This document shows positions 51,601 to 64,000 of a DNA stretch of 64,000 nucleotides, one piece after another. The position numbers were made by a program, and so were the translations under genes. The notes beneath the pieces are model-generated. The model was not told the origin of the DNA, made no database searches, and saw nothing but the letters and a program-made list of their open reading frames with translations. Within the stretch, counting starts at the first letter, position 1. Each line of letters begins with the position of its first letter. Source of the stretch: Flaccisagitta enflata (Eukaryota); NCBI GenBank assembly GCA_965153355.1, contig OZ231126.1:32488001-32552000 (forward strand). Reading direction: 5' to 3'.

Positions 51601-54300
51601 TCATCGTCGTGAAAGGATTCAATTTCCGCATCTCCTTATTTTTTATGATGAAGTCATGACGGCTTTCTGGTTTTAAAGACTTTTCCCAACTCAATTGAAG
51701 AGCGTCGGGATAATGATGCGCTGCATTGACTTGACGAGCTGTTTGCGCGCCTCCTCCAAAACGTCTTGCGTCACTTCCGGTTTGGGAAGGAGATCTCTTG
51801 CTGCTCGTGTCTTCGCCCTTGGATACGCTCTCCACCTTTTGATTGCGATGAGAACCATGCCGATGATCCGCAACTTATGCATCCATTTTCCCCGAAGCGG
51901 CTGCAAAAGTGTCGCGTCAGCCACTTGTTCTTTTCACTTTCAGCCACATACAGAGCGGCGACTTGTGCAGAAATAGGGCACGTCGCGATGTTCGTCTTTG
52001 GCCATTGATCTTCGGGAAAGACGCAAAAATGCAGGACCGTGATGGAATTGACGCCATTTTTCGCTTCATGGGCCTGGATGCCTCTGCTACAGTGGTCCGC
52101 CGGGTTGTTTGATGAGTCAACCCAGCGCCACTGTTGAGGATCAGACCCACTGTGGATCTTGGAGAGACGATTGGCGAAGAATACAGGCCTCGGTTTGCCG
52201 GATTGTAAATCATCTTCAGTGCAGATTCAGAGTCAGACCAAAATCTGACGACAAGATTGTCCAAGTTGATGGTCCTTCCGACGAAGCGTTTGAGCTGCAC
52301 TGCTTTTTCTGCGGATACAATCTCAGCTCGTGGAACGCTGTTATGATGAGAAGCACGTTTTGGATTGAGTGGAATACGTGAGACTTAGGCAATGAATGAA
52401 ATGTGCACATCTCCATTCATTGACTTGACGTCGATATGCAACTGCTCCATATCCGCTTTTGGAGCCGCATCAAAAGTCTGATTATTTAACTATTCGCTGT
52501 TGTCGCCATGCCAGCCAACGTCAATTCGATATTGTTGTAGAAAGAGGCCAAGATGAAGTATAGCGAAGAAAGATTCCATAGCTCTCTTCCAAGGGCGAAT
52601 CCCATCCCACTTCCTGTGGGCGACAGAGTTGAAGATGTCGTCTGCCGATGTATGCGCTTGGGCTCCAAAATCCCAATGGATGATAAAGTTTAGCTTGCAG
52701 AGACCAATTGACGAGGTGTTTTGGCTCTAAGAGTTTTGAATTCCTCGTCGCAGATATGAAGATGGCTTTCATGGAGCCATGAGGCAGCCAACACCTTAAG
52801 CGCATCATCTTCTTATCTGAGATGGGAGATCAGCGTTGGATCTCCATCCATCAGTGCGCGCGTACTTTCCACTTCACGATCCATCCCGCCTTCAGCCATA
52901 TAACCACCATCACGCCTACTGCAGTGCTTAAGTCGGCCGAATCCCCACCCCCACTTCCGTAGTCGGCGTAAGCGGCGAATAAGATCGTGAGCGTTGTAGG
53001 GATATTTGGGCCGGATTACTTCAGCATGCTTTCTGTGGTGAAAGGCGTGGCGAATGGCTGGATTGGCTACGAAGACATGTGAGTAAAGACAGATTCAAAA
53101 TGGCTTCTCGTAGAGTGCGGTCTTTGAACCAAAGAATCTGAACAGATCAGCGTCGTCAGGATGAGGCCGCGGATCTGGTGAACGCCTTTATATCACACAT
53201 AAAGGCGATCTTCCACTGACAACATGAGATGTCCATCAAGCTGTTCATCAAGTTTGGACCTCGGCGGCAAATCATTAGTGAGATCACCGGTCGCCGCCGC
53301 AGCGCGCGTGGCATCACGCGCGTTTTGCGCGCAATTCAACAATATGTGGCAAGTACCAGTGCGACTTCTCAATGCCGTCGTCGTCGTCTACGCTGTCAAT
53401 CTCAATCGCCACTCCCGTCTCGTAAAACTTCACCGATTTCACAGCTCTTTCTTTGAAGGCTGGGTCACGCTTGAAGCGGAAACGTTGGTTGCCGAGCAGC
53501 TTCATCGCAGTCGTCGTGATTTCACTCTTCTCAGAATTTCCATGATTTTTCGTGATGAAATTTCCATGTGACGGGAGCAAAGTATTTTTTCACAATTGGG
53601 CAAAAATATGTCTTTTCCTCTAACACTTTGCAGCTCTGATATTCTCAAAGAGGAATGCCCATCTCCTCTTGCTTGAGGCGATTGATGATGCAAAGTCATG
53701 GTAGAAGATGCGGTCAATGTTGCTGTTGAGGACGCGATTGTCGAGGATGCGATCGATGTTGTCGTGGAGGACGCGGTCATCCGTCGCGACAGCGTTGATC
53801 GATGCAATATCTCGTTCTCTCTTGCCCGTTTTTCCACATACAGTCCAACCGAATAGACATCTGAAGCAAGTCAAAGATCCTGAAGGCCCTCGGCGGATTT
53901 CTTGAGCGACGGCGGCATCCGCATGCGCCGCTCCGATGATCATCATCACCCCGCCTTCAAAAAGCTGGAAATTTTATGCCCTGATGTGAGGTTGGTCAGA
54001 TAGATCGCGGAGAAAAGGAGGAATGTTGCGTTCACTCGTTAACAATCACCAATGCGTCGTTGACGTCGACGACATATTCCGTCGACCGATTGCATAGTGA
54101 ATGATGCGATGAAACGATCCTCAACAACATGACTTCCCACAGTAATCACCGTCATTACTGTTTTTATTGGAATCAGAAGACTGCGAATGACATTGGTACT
54201 GATCGCGTCGCGATCAGCGCCTGAGTCGATCATAGCGTAAATAGTCCTCTGCGCACCCGAAGAATTGTTTATAATAGTCACTGGAACAATCGGACGGACA
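51601..54300 (-). pseudogene. BEL/Pao protease, RT and RNase H region, heavily frameshifted
   Basis: AMIDSGAD (protease, 54039-54281), CLFGWTV.G, WYLPH, LYHPLGF.SP, FWSDSESAL. Confidence 0.85.
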
Positions 54301-54367
54301 ACGCGATGAATGAAAAGCGGACGCGACGTTGCCGTCGCCGCCAGTCATGCCGTGACGTTAGAAGAGA

Positions 54368-57300
54368 TCACTTGTAGGATTGGCTGCCTCCGCCGTCGCC
54401 GGAGCTGTTAGTGCTACTGCTGCCGCATCCTCTGACTTGTTGAAGAGCCAGCGGTGCTTTATTTCCCTGCTTATTCTCTCCTTTCTTCTCTTCCTTTTCT
54501 TCTTTCTTGTAGGTGCGCCCGTGGAGAATCGTGGCATGCCGCTTCTTGCAGATCTGGCAAGTTGGTCTGTTCGCGCATCCTTTGGCGTTGTGTCCTGGCG
54601 CGAGGCAGTGGAAGCACAGACGACGAGACATGATCTTTTGAACTCTCGCGTCCACTTCCAACTCTAACAGCTGATGACACTCTTCTGTTTGATGCATTCC
54701 ACTGCAGACGTTGCAGCGGTCCGTCGACTGCATCTTTTGCCGCCATTGGTCAAAGCATCCCCATACGATGATGCGCTTCTTTTTCTGTAGGTGACTGCTG
54801 CCACTGATGCTGTTTTGCAGCTTGCGCCTTTGTTGCGCTGAATCACCGCCCATGTCTCGATCATGTTGACCAAGTTGTCGAATGAAAATAATTGTCCATT
54901 TTGGGCTGCTTCATGTTGCTTTTCCCAGAATTTATCTGCAAGATGAGGGACCCTCTTGTTGAGGATCTCCTGCAGCAGCTCGTCACGATAACATTGTTGC
55001 ACTTCTCCACAGGTCCTCGCAATCTTCTTTGCCTTTTGCAACCTTGCAGACAAATTGAAATGCCTTGCATGGTCGGCCGACTGGATCTTCGCCTCCGCGA
55101 CGATCTCGTTGAACAGCGCCGCAATGTTGCAGCGCCTTGCCATAAGACGACGTCCATTTTTGCGAAGGCGTCGTCAATCTCTCCTCTTGCTGTCGTCAGT
55201 TGCATCAATCGTAGTTTCAATGATCTCTTTTGCCGGACCAGCAAACCACTTAGGCAATTCCAATAAGATGTCCATTTGCGTCAAGCCTTCATGCTTCTCA
55301 GCATCTTTGAACTTCCTCTTCCACATCATGAAGTCGGTGGATGAAAGCTCCTGCAGAGGCTTCTCGGGTCTTGCTCTCTCCAACGCTTTGAGGCCGACCT
55401 CCCTTGCTCGCATGAGATCATTGTACGCCGCTCTTTCCAACATGTCCAGAGCCGGATTGTTGGGCATCTGAAGCGTGTACTTCCGGTTGGCGGGCTGCCG
55501 ATGATGCTCCACTTGATGATACGCTGTGGTTGTTGGGTGGCGTATTGACCCCCGACTTTACCGGAGATCTCTTTTGGTAGTTTTTACACTCCACCCAACT
55601 TCTCCTTGCTGATTCATTTGTTGTTGACGATCATCTTGATGGAATCGGGGAGCATCAAAATCTTGGCGGACGTACTGTCGCTGTTGTTGTTCTTCTTTAC
55701 GTTGTTTCTCTTCTTCTCTCGCTGCGGCAAGGTCAAAGTCTCTCTGCTGAATCTGCATCTTCAAACTGTCCACTTCCTGCTGCAAACGTTGATTCTGCTG
55801 GATGACTTCCGCTTGAGGCGTTACTAGAGGCGCTTGCGCTTTGGCGCCTTGGCTGCAATCCACTCATTGTCTTCTTGGTAGCGACTTTTCTTCTCTCCTT
55901 ATCTTGCAGCTGCTGTGCCAACTTCGCGTCAGCGGCCTCCTGCATCTGCCTCCTGCGCATCGCCTCCATTGCATCACCTCCGCTTCCGGCTGTGTTGAAG
56001 ACCTTTTCCTCTTGATGGGGAAGACCAGTCTCCCTTCTAGCAGAGCCAATCTGCTTCTCGAAGATCACTTCCGGTGCGGTAGGGAGAATCGTTGCTGCTG
56101 GGGTTTGGTGATGCTGATCCTGATGCTGTTGCTGTTGTTGAAGCCGTTGCTGCTGCCACTGTTGATGTTGAAGCTGCTGTTGCTGGTCAGGATGCTGTTG
56201 CTGTTCATTCTGCTGCTGCAGTTGACGCTGACGCTGTCCTTGCTGCTGCTGCTGCTCCAACTGTTGCTGCTGCTGCATCGGCTGCTTGACGGACGTTTCC
56301 ACTGACTGCACATGACGTTGCTGTACGTTCGAATTGAACGATCCCGGATTGAAATTTCTGAAGATAGATTGACGGTCTTTTGGCGGATGCTGCGGCTGCT
56401 GCTTGTCCAGCTCAGACAGTTGTCTAAGCTTCATACCCGCTGCTCTAAAGCTCCACCAATGCCGCCGTCGTTCAGGCTATTCCAGTGCTTTCGTTGCATT
56501 TCTGCCGCATTGTTGAATACTCCTGCTCTTCTATCTTCATCTCGTTGCTGCTGCTGGCGAAAGTTACACATTCTGTCGTATAACTTTGTCTTCTTGTGAT
56601 GAGATCGCTGTTGGAATCCCAATGGCACCGCGATCGGCGCCTTTGGAGCTGTTGCTGCACCACCACCTTCACCTTCAGCCATCATGCGCAGAGCGTTGTT
56701 CTGCAAGGCGTTGCTGTCTCTCTTCTTCTGTTTCTTCACTGACGTTCATGCTTTCGACAGGATGGTTATTTGACGCTGGAGGATCCACTACCACCGCTGG
56801 GATCGCGGCGGAAGGTTGCTGTTGCTGCTGCAGTTGCTGTTGCATACGTTCATCTGCATTATTTTGCCGCTGTTGTTGTTGTTCATGCGGCTGCATGGAG
56901 TTGATGTTGTTGCAGCCCTTGTTGTTGTTGTTGTTGTTGCTGCTGCTGCTCATGTTGTTGCTGTTGTTGAACCACATGTTGTGGCGCCGGCTGCAAGATT
57001 TGACGTTGTTGTTGGTCTTGTTGACGAAATTGTGAAGTTGCTGCAACTGCTGCTGCTGCAACAGCTCTTGCTGCTGCCGTTGAGCTGTCGTTTGCTGCTG
57101 CTCCTGTGGTCGGTTGAGTTGACGTTGCTGTTGGAGTTGCTGCTGCTGCATCTGCAATTGATGCTGCTGCTGTTGCTCCTGTTGCTGTCGCTGCTCCTCC
57201 TCCCGTTGTTGCTGCTGCATATCATCTATCAGCCGCCGGCCTTGTCGCATTCCTCCTCCAGCTGCCTACCCCATCTGTCTCTCTCCGCACTCCTGTTGAC

Positions 57301-58140
57301 GAAGCGTCGCCTCGCCTCTCCTGCGGCGTCAATCCGTTGATGATCCCACGACCTCTTGCAAGAGCATCGGCGTCGTCGAGATCACAAGCATGTCGTCAGC
57401 TTGCTCCATCGGAGACGCACGCGCAGGTTCAATTTCCGAGACCAAATCCGATACCCATTGATTGACATCTCCTCTTTGGATCGGCGGCAGATTTAAAATT
57501 GGCGCCAGTTGGAGATGCGCACCATGTCGCGGGACCGGAAGTGGTAGATCTAGGATCCGTCGGGGTTTGGCGAAGACGTTCGCATCCTTGGTGTTGGAGC
57601 GCCAGTCACATTGTCACGGGCAGCATGAGTGTCAGTTGGAGACTGTTCCGAGAATTCATTGGTCTTCTACGATTCCCAATGTCATTGTGCATTGCGTTAA
57701 CGATGTCGGCGTTGGAAGGAAAACCCTCTGGATAGTTTTCACGATCGAAGAAACGCATGGAGTTCCATTCGCCGGATTCGACGCAGAGTGGACGCCGCGA
57801 ATCGAAGAGGATCGCCGGGCATCGAGTCGAGCGCCATTTGCCTTGCGTATGATATAAAGTCGTAGACCATATCCCGAAGGCCGTGTCGAGCGCCATCTGA
57901 TTCACATGCGGCGTCGTCGAAATCGTTCGATCCTTCGGCGCAAGCGGCAACGGCGTCGAAAAGGCGCCGGCATCCTTCCATCTCCGCCGTGATGTCGTTT
58001 CTCATCGCGCGCAAACGATCCGACCTCGGACACTGATCCAAACCGAAGTGAGATACACGAGAGGACGTTGAAGCGTCGAGGCAGTGTCGTGTACGCGGCT
58101 GCCGTTGTCCAATTTCGCTTTCGGAGGTCGAAGATGGAAA
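54368..58140 (-). pseudogene. BEL/Pao gag with triple Cys/His knuckle and long poly-Q N-terminal extension (frameshifted)
   Basis: CNVCSGMH..EC, CFHCLAPGH...C, CQICKKRHATILH; Q-rich ORFs 55558-57250. Confidence 0.88.
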
Positions 58141-58168
58141 GAATCGAGTCGTTTTTAAATTTTTGAAA

Positions 58169-59080
58169 TATAAATTACGCCCACGAGTTTAAACTGGCAC
58201 TGTCTATGAGCGTCTATCTGACTGACGACTTGTGGTGAAAGAAAGTTGGCCGATTGGAAAATAGGAAGGCGATCGTCTCGTTTATTCCATAAAAATTTCA
58301 ACAACTGAAGAGAGGGGAAAAAATGAAAGGGAAAGTGGGCGTTAATGGTGATCAGCAAACGCAAAAGATAACATGAAATCGAGATAGGACACAATAAAGG
58401 ACAGAAACAGCACATGACAACATGTTCATCTTCTTCAGAGCCCATGCCACCTGATAATACCTGCCCCTGCCCCGGCCCATCCCATTAAATTCATCCATAT
58501 CATCCCCATAGTAAGCTGATCGGGAAAGCGATAAAAACCATGCTAAAATCCGGCGATAAAAATGCAAAATGCAAAAGACAAGAATAACAGACCGGAAGAC
58601 AAGATAAAAACAACGTTAATAAAAGCAAAGACGCGTCTATAAAACTTACTTTTAGGCCCACTTTCGTTGGTTTCAACCCACAGTCTGTCGATGTCAAACT
58701 AACGTTAATTGTCCGTTCATAAGTTTATCTGCAATAAAAAGATGAGAGATTATTGAAATTAGTGAATTCCAAGGGCGCATTCAATCAATCACGAAAAATC
58801 AATCAATCACTTTAGGAAGCAATGCCGTAAATAAATAAAACGATCAATCCACAAGTGGATGACACGAAGACGAGTTACGTATGTTTGTCTACGTAATAAA
58901 AACAAATGGCACAAAATACAAGGCGCAACCATATGGTTACCCATCTAGCGTTCATTATAAAAAATGGCAAGAAACAAAAGACGCTGGCATTGAATAATAG
59001 GAAAAGAAGAAAAGCCAAAAGCACGCAAAAGAAACAAAAGCACACATACTTAATAAACGGACGGACATACATTTCTAACA
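58169..59080 (-). repeat. 5' LTR (912 bp)
   Basis: Starts TGTTAG on the minus strand; direct repeat of 46001-46913. Confidence 0.97.
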
Positions 59081-59425
59081 CATGTGTATATTCTTATGTA
59101 TGCCAAGCGCATTCTTTCTGGCGAATTTTTTCCCACAGTGGGAGCATGAGCACGATTTGACTTCCGCATAAATTACTTGATGGGATTTCAGTCCAACTTT
59201 GAGAAGAAACTGTTTCCCACAAACTTTGCATTCATGATTCTTTTCACCATCGTGGATCTTTTTATGTGTATTTAAAGTTCCTATTGTTGCAAAAGCCATC
59301 TCACATACTAAACATTTGAACGCCTTAATCCCAGTGTGAACAGTTGCGTGCTTATGCAGATATTTCCTAGAACTGAACTTGTTTCCACAATTTTTACACT
59401 CAAAGCGTTTATTGTGGATCCATTT
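59081..59425 (-). pseudogene. C2H2 zinc-finger pseudogene, middle part
   Basis: FECKNCGNKF..HATVHTGIKAFKCLVC..HKKIHDGEKNHECKVC..HKNIHM; joins 45996 in frame when the LTR element is removed. Confidence 0.9.
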
Positions 59426-59427
59426 TT

Positions 59428-60729
59428 AGTCGCGTGCTACGCGACTCTACACCCCGCTTTGTCCGTCGGTCGGTCGGTCGGTCGGTTGGTCGGTCGGTCG
59501 GTCGGTCGGTCACACTTTACTTTTTTTATCCGTTTTATTCCTACTAACTCATTTTAAGTAAATTAGGTCATTTAAAGTCAAATTAGATCAGTTTAAGTCA
59601 TTTTGGGTCATTTAAAGTCAGTTTAGGTCAATTTAAGTCATTTGAGTTATTTTAATAATTTTCAGCATTTTACAGGGAGTACCACCCCAAACAGGACCAA
59701 AGAAAACGATGTATCTTTGCTTCTAGAAATGGTAGAATGATTCTGTTAACAGGTTCAGAAAGCTCTTAAAAAACGATTTTTACATCTGTATTTTGCCAAA
59801 GGCTCATTAAGAAAACTGAATCCCTTTGTATTATTTAGAGCAAAGTATAGTTTTTACTTTGAGTTTTTGCTTGTTTTATCCCACTCTTATTTCCAAACAA
59901 ATAGTGCTACAATCCTGGCAATGGTCTTGAATTAAAGATATTGTGAGGTAAAATCATACCTGTGCAAAAAATGAGAAAATTTTACAGTATTGGTTGGGTC
60001 CAGAGACTTTTTTGTAATTTTCATCACAAGAAAATTTTATGTGCATTGATAAAAAAGTCAATAACTATATTGAATGATACAATTTTGACAAAGGTCATGA
60101 GGGAATCCCAATCTTCAGTATCCTAGCTTAACTGACAAACATTTCTGACAATTTTTCGTCATCCATATCTGTATATAGCTAGGAAAATGTAAGGAAAAAC
60201 CTTGAATTGGGATAGAAATTAGCATTTTTTGCTAAAAAAAGGCATTTTTTTATGGTTTTGTTGAGGGTATGTGTTAACCATGACTAGCAAAAATCTGTAT
60301 CAATCAAAAATCGTCTGAAGTTATCTTTTAGAAACAGTTTTCAGAAATGATTTTGCACTTCTAGAAGCAAAAATACATCGTTTTCTTTTGTCCTGTTTGA
60401 TGTGATACACCCTGTAGTGATTTTAGGTCAATTTAAGTCAGTTAAGTTCAATTTGAGTCATTCTAGGTCAATTTAAGTCATTTAAAGTCATTTAGAGTCA
60501 TTTAAAGTCATTTTAAGTCAATTTAAGTCAATTTAAGTCATTTTAGTCACTGGGTCATTTTAGACATTTTTGGTCAATTCAAGTCAATTTAAGTCATTTT
60601 AAATCATTTCAGGTCGTTTTAAGTCATTTTAAATCATTTTAAGTCATCTTATATCAATTGAATTCAATGAAAGTCATTTTAGTTATGTGGTTATGTAATT
60701 AAGTAATTATCAAGTCTCGCACGCGACTT
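59428..60729 (+). mobile_element. DINE-like element with aagtcattt minisatellite, interrupting the zinc-finger pseudogene
   Basis: tagtcgcgtgctacgcgact, (GTCG)n, ~10-bp repeats, subterminal gcacgcgact. Confidence 0.75.
59673..60414. mobile_element. TA-flanked MITE nested in the DINE-like element
   Basis: TA|cagggagt..aaacaggac..aagaaaacgatgtat / atacatcgttttctt..gtcctgttt..acaccctg|TA. Confidence 0.85.
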
Positions 60730-60997
60730 ATTGGTGTTGGCTTTGTTGCATACCGAGGTGATTCTTTTATTGAAATTTCTTACCACATTCTTTGCAACTA
60801 ATCATTCTGGCATCACTGTGAATGGTCATGTGGATTTTCAAATGTTCTTTTCTTTTGAAGCCCTTCCCACACGATTGACACACGAAAGGCCTCTCATCTT
60901 TGTGAATCAACATGTGCCAATTCATGTGGCATTTTTTAGCAAATGTTTTTCCACATTCTAAATATTTGTGGGGTTTTTCTCGCTGTACATCAGTCAT
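60730..60997 (-). pseudogene. C2H2 zinc-finger pseudogene, 5' part
   Basis: MTDVQREKPHKYLECGKTF..HKDERPFVCQSCGKGF..CKECGKKFQ*; in-frame stop 60767-60769. Confidence 0.85.
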
Positions 60998-61540
60998 GAT
61001 GTCATTAAATCAACAGGATAATCAAAATTGAGTGTTTCGGTTACATCAAGTTGAGTTGTATCTGCGATATCAATGAAAAAATGAATAAAACAACCCAAAA
61101 AATAGTTGGCAGTTTATACAAGACTCCTAATCATTAGAATACACTTTTTTTCTTTTATACGAACCTAGTTTATAAGAACAATGTATTGTTATGTAATGTA
61201 ATGTAATGCAATGTAATGTTGTCCTACTCATAAGAACATCAATGCTTTTAATCGCTCCAAAATAAAGAACATCATAGTTATTTTATTTGTAGCTATCTCT
61301 ATCTCTTTTAAAGGCTTTGGCCAAAAAATGACGTTTCTTATGAAAAAAAAACGTGCAATCAAACATACGTAACTTAATAAATGTGCTCCTGGCCTAAAAA
61401 AGGTGAAGGATGGCCAAGTGGGGGGCGGAAGAAAGAGAGGGAGAGTAAGAAAGAGGAAGTACATTGAATGTGAATGCGGACCAGGACCAGTACCAGTGAC
61501 CAAAGAGGGGAGTCACTAATTAGGAAAAATAAGTTGTATA

Positions 61541-61767
61541 CGGAAGAAAAACATTCCGTTTGGGATACACATATGATGTTTTTAATGATAAAAACAGAAA
61601 TTTTCGAAGTATATGGATGCTCCATCTTAATGATAAAAACAGAAATTTTCGAAGTATATGGACGCTCCATCATCAGCTGATGATGGAGCGTCCATATGCT
61701 TCGAAAATTTCTGGTTTTATCATTAAAAACATCATATGTGTATCCCAAACGAAATGTTTTTCTTCCA
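61541..61767. repeat. Near-perfect foldback palindrome with an internal duplication
   Basis: ggaagaaaaacatt.cgtttgggatacacatatgatg... mirrored about catcagctgatg. Confidence 0.9.
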
Positions 61768-61826
61768 TCTATCTTCACCATATGTGCAATGTCGCTTAAT
61801 CATAAGTTGTATACGTTTATCAAATT

Positions 61827-63561
61827 TCATTCGTGATGCTTCGAGTCGTGCTGCTTGAGAGTAAAATTTTGAGTAAAACCCTTCCCTAACTTTTCACATG
61901 TGAAAGGTTTGGAACTTTTGTGAGACTTCCTATGTCTATTCAAATTGGATTTATGGGTAAATCTCTTTTTACACTCGTCACATTCGTGCAATTTGATTCC
62001 AGTGTGAACAACGTTGTGAGCCGTAACCTCACTCAGAGTGCCAAAACTTTTCCCGCACTGGCTGCATCGATGTGGCTTTACTCCGTTGTGACGATTCTTG
62101 TGGATTTGTAGTTTGGATTTCGTAATAAATTTTATCCCACATTCTTTGCACTGGTGAGGCAAATCTCCTTTGTGGCGTTTCTGGTGTATGGAGAGAGCTG
62201 AAGAATGGCTAAATTTCTTCCCGCATTCGATGCATTCATAGGGCTTCACTCCTTGATGAATATTCGCATGATCCTTTAGAGATATCTTATGAAGAAAAGT
62301 TTTTCCGCATTCTTTGCACTCGTGACGATTTCCTTGATGGTGAATTTTATTATGTGTCTCCAGATATGACTTAGTGGAAAATTTATTTCCACATTCAGCG
62401 CATTCATAGTTTTGTTGCTTATCCCTGTGGAGTCGTTTATGCCCATTGAGGCTTGTGCTTGTGCTTGTGGAAAAAGTTTGCCCACAATCGATGCATTCAA
62501 AAGACTTCTCCTCATTGTGAATTTTTTCATGAGTCTTCAGGCTTGACTTAAGAGAGAATTTCTTGTCACACATGAGACATTCGTGTGGTTTTGAGTCACT
62601 GTGCACGGCAAGATGATTTCTCAGTTCAGGGTTCGTGAGGAATTTCTTCCCACATTCATTGCATTCATGATGTTTTTCACCCGCGTGTTTCATTTCATGT
62701 CGTTTTAGATCTGAGGCAGTGTTAAAAAGCTTCCCACATTCTTTACATTCTCTCGTTAAAACCCGATTGTGCACCTTGAAATGAATTTTGACTTCAGTTT
62801 TTGTTTGAAACTTCAAACCGCAGTTGGAGCATTCATGACGTTTTTGTTGCGTGTGCGTCTTGATGTGAGTTGTGAGATATGATTGGACACTGAATTTCTT
62901 GCCACACTCTCCGCATTCAAAATCTGTTTTATCCAAATGCACTCTGCTAATGTGTTGTTTGAGTTCCGCTTCTGTGCGAAAATAGCTTGTGCAATTTTCG
63001 CATCCATGAGGCTTTTCTTCGTTATGAATCAACTGATGCTTCATTAGGTTTGACAAAAAGTCAAATTGTTTTCCACACTGCGAGCAATTGTGTCCCTTTT
63101 CGCCATGGTGAGTTAAGTGGTGCCTTCTGAGTCCCGATTTTTGCGAATAACGCTTATCACAGAGTGAGCACTCATGAGGTTTGCCAGCCGATTGGTGAAT
63201 TCTTTGATGTTGTTTGAAATTTGTTTCCAATAAAAATCGTTTACCACATTCTACACAATGAAAGGCTTTATCGCTTTTGTGGACTAATTCATGTACTTTC
63301 AGTCGAGAACTGTTAAGAAAGGACTTCCCGCACATTTTGCATTCATAAGTCTTTTCTTCAGTGTGGATATTTTCATGAGATTTAAGGTTGAGCTTAGTCT
63401 TAAAATGTTTTTCGCAGTAAAAGCACTCGTGAAGAACATCATCGTGTATCAATCGGTGTTCTTTTAAACGATATTCAAAGAAAAAAACATTTTCCACAAT
63501 CTTTGCATTCAAAGGAAACATTTTCCTGGTGCGATGAATTGAGGCTAGGAATATTCGGCAT
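61827..63561 (-). CDS. Poly-C2H2 zinc-finger protein (~20 fingers, no introns seen in the array)
   Basis: Repeated C-x2-C-x12-H-x3-H with TGEKP-like linkers; first finger split by a 1-nt shift at the A-run 63481-63487; start codon uncertain. Confidence 0.92.
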
Positions 63562-64000
63562 TTTGAGAAACAAATCGATTTCAGCGGTGACAGTATTTTG
63601 ATCACTTTGACATGTATCGATATTTTTTCGTTGTCAATTCAGTAAAAGATTCGGAGTAAGATGTGTGAAAATGAATGGTTTGAAAACCGAGTGTTTATGT
63701 AATGCGTGATAAGGATGGAGCAAGGAGAAGACCGAGGAATTTTTGGGAGACAGATTGGAGGGCGTATGAGCTGTATTTCTTTTTTTTTTTTGGATCTACT
63801 TGGAAAGGTTCGACATCACCTTGAACTGTATAACCATAAGAGGCAATCCATGATTATACCAGGTGATCTTCAAGGTGATCGAAGCGTTGATAGCTGAAAG
63901 CTGGAAGCGGGAAAGCGAAGATTAGGATCAAGACGGCGTCAGAGAGAGAGAGAGAGAGTCAGACACGGGGATGCAGAGACAAAAAATTAGAGAGTGCGAG

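Larger units (their letters stand above)
46001..59080 (-). mobile_element. BEL/Pao LTR retrotransposon, 13.1 kb, 5-bp TSD CATGT
   Basis: Paired LTRs, TSD at 45996-46000 and 59081-59085, gag-PR-RT-RH-IN order with BEL-type motifs, purine tract ggggcagaa before the 3' LTR. Confidence 0.96.

Overview
Repeat-rich, AT-rich eukaryotic DNA, probably from an invertebrate animal (species not determinable from sequence). All calls were made by eye. Main content: (1) seven in-frame spliceable exons (26904-32416, +) of a divergent Na+/K+-ATPase alpha-like (P2C) gene. Its TGES motif reads TGDP, its start exon and fourth exon have tandemly multiplied splice-acceptor/exon-start units, and its downstream half was not found in the window. 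(2) A 5'-truncated Penelope-like retroelement (RT + GIY-YIG, -) with a 12-bp flanking direct repeat and a minimal hammerhead ribozyme in its 3' region. (3) A 13-kb BEL/Pao LTR retrotransposon (46001-59080, -) with near-identical LTRs, a poly-Q-expanded Gag and an extra RING-like/coiled-coil coding region, inserted into a C2H2 zinc-finger pseudogene. (4) A second, nearly intact ~20-finger C2H2 gene. (5) A 7 x 547-bp tandem array with dispersed monomers. (6) An orphan MFSD14/HIAT1-like exon fragment, a LINE 3' fragment, many MITEs, Helentron/DINE-like short elements and long microsatellites. Most short ORFs in the supplied track are repeat artefacts.
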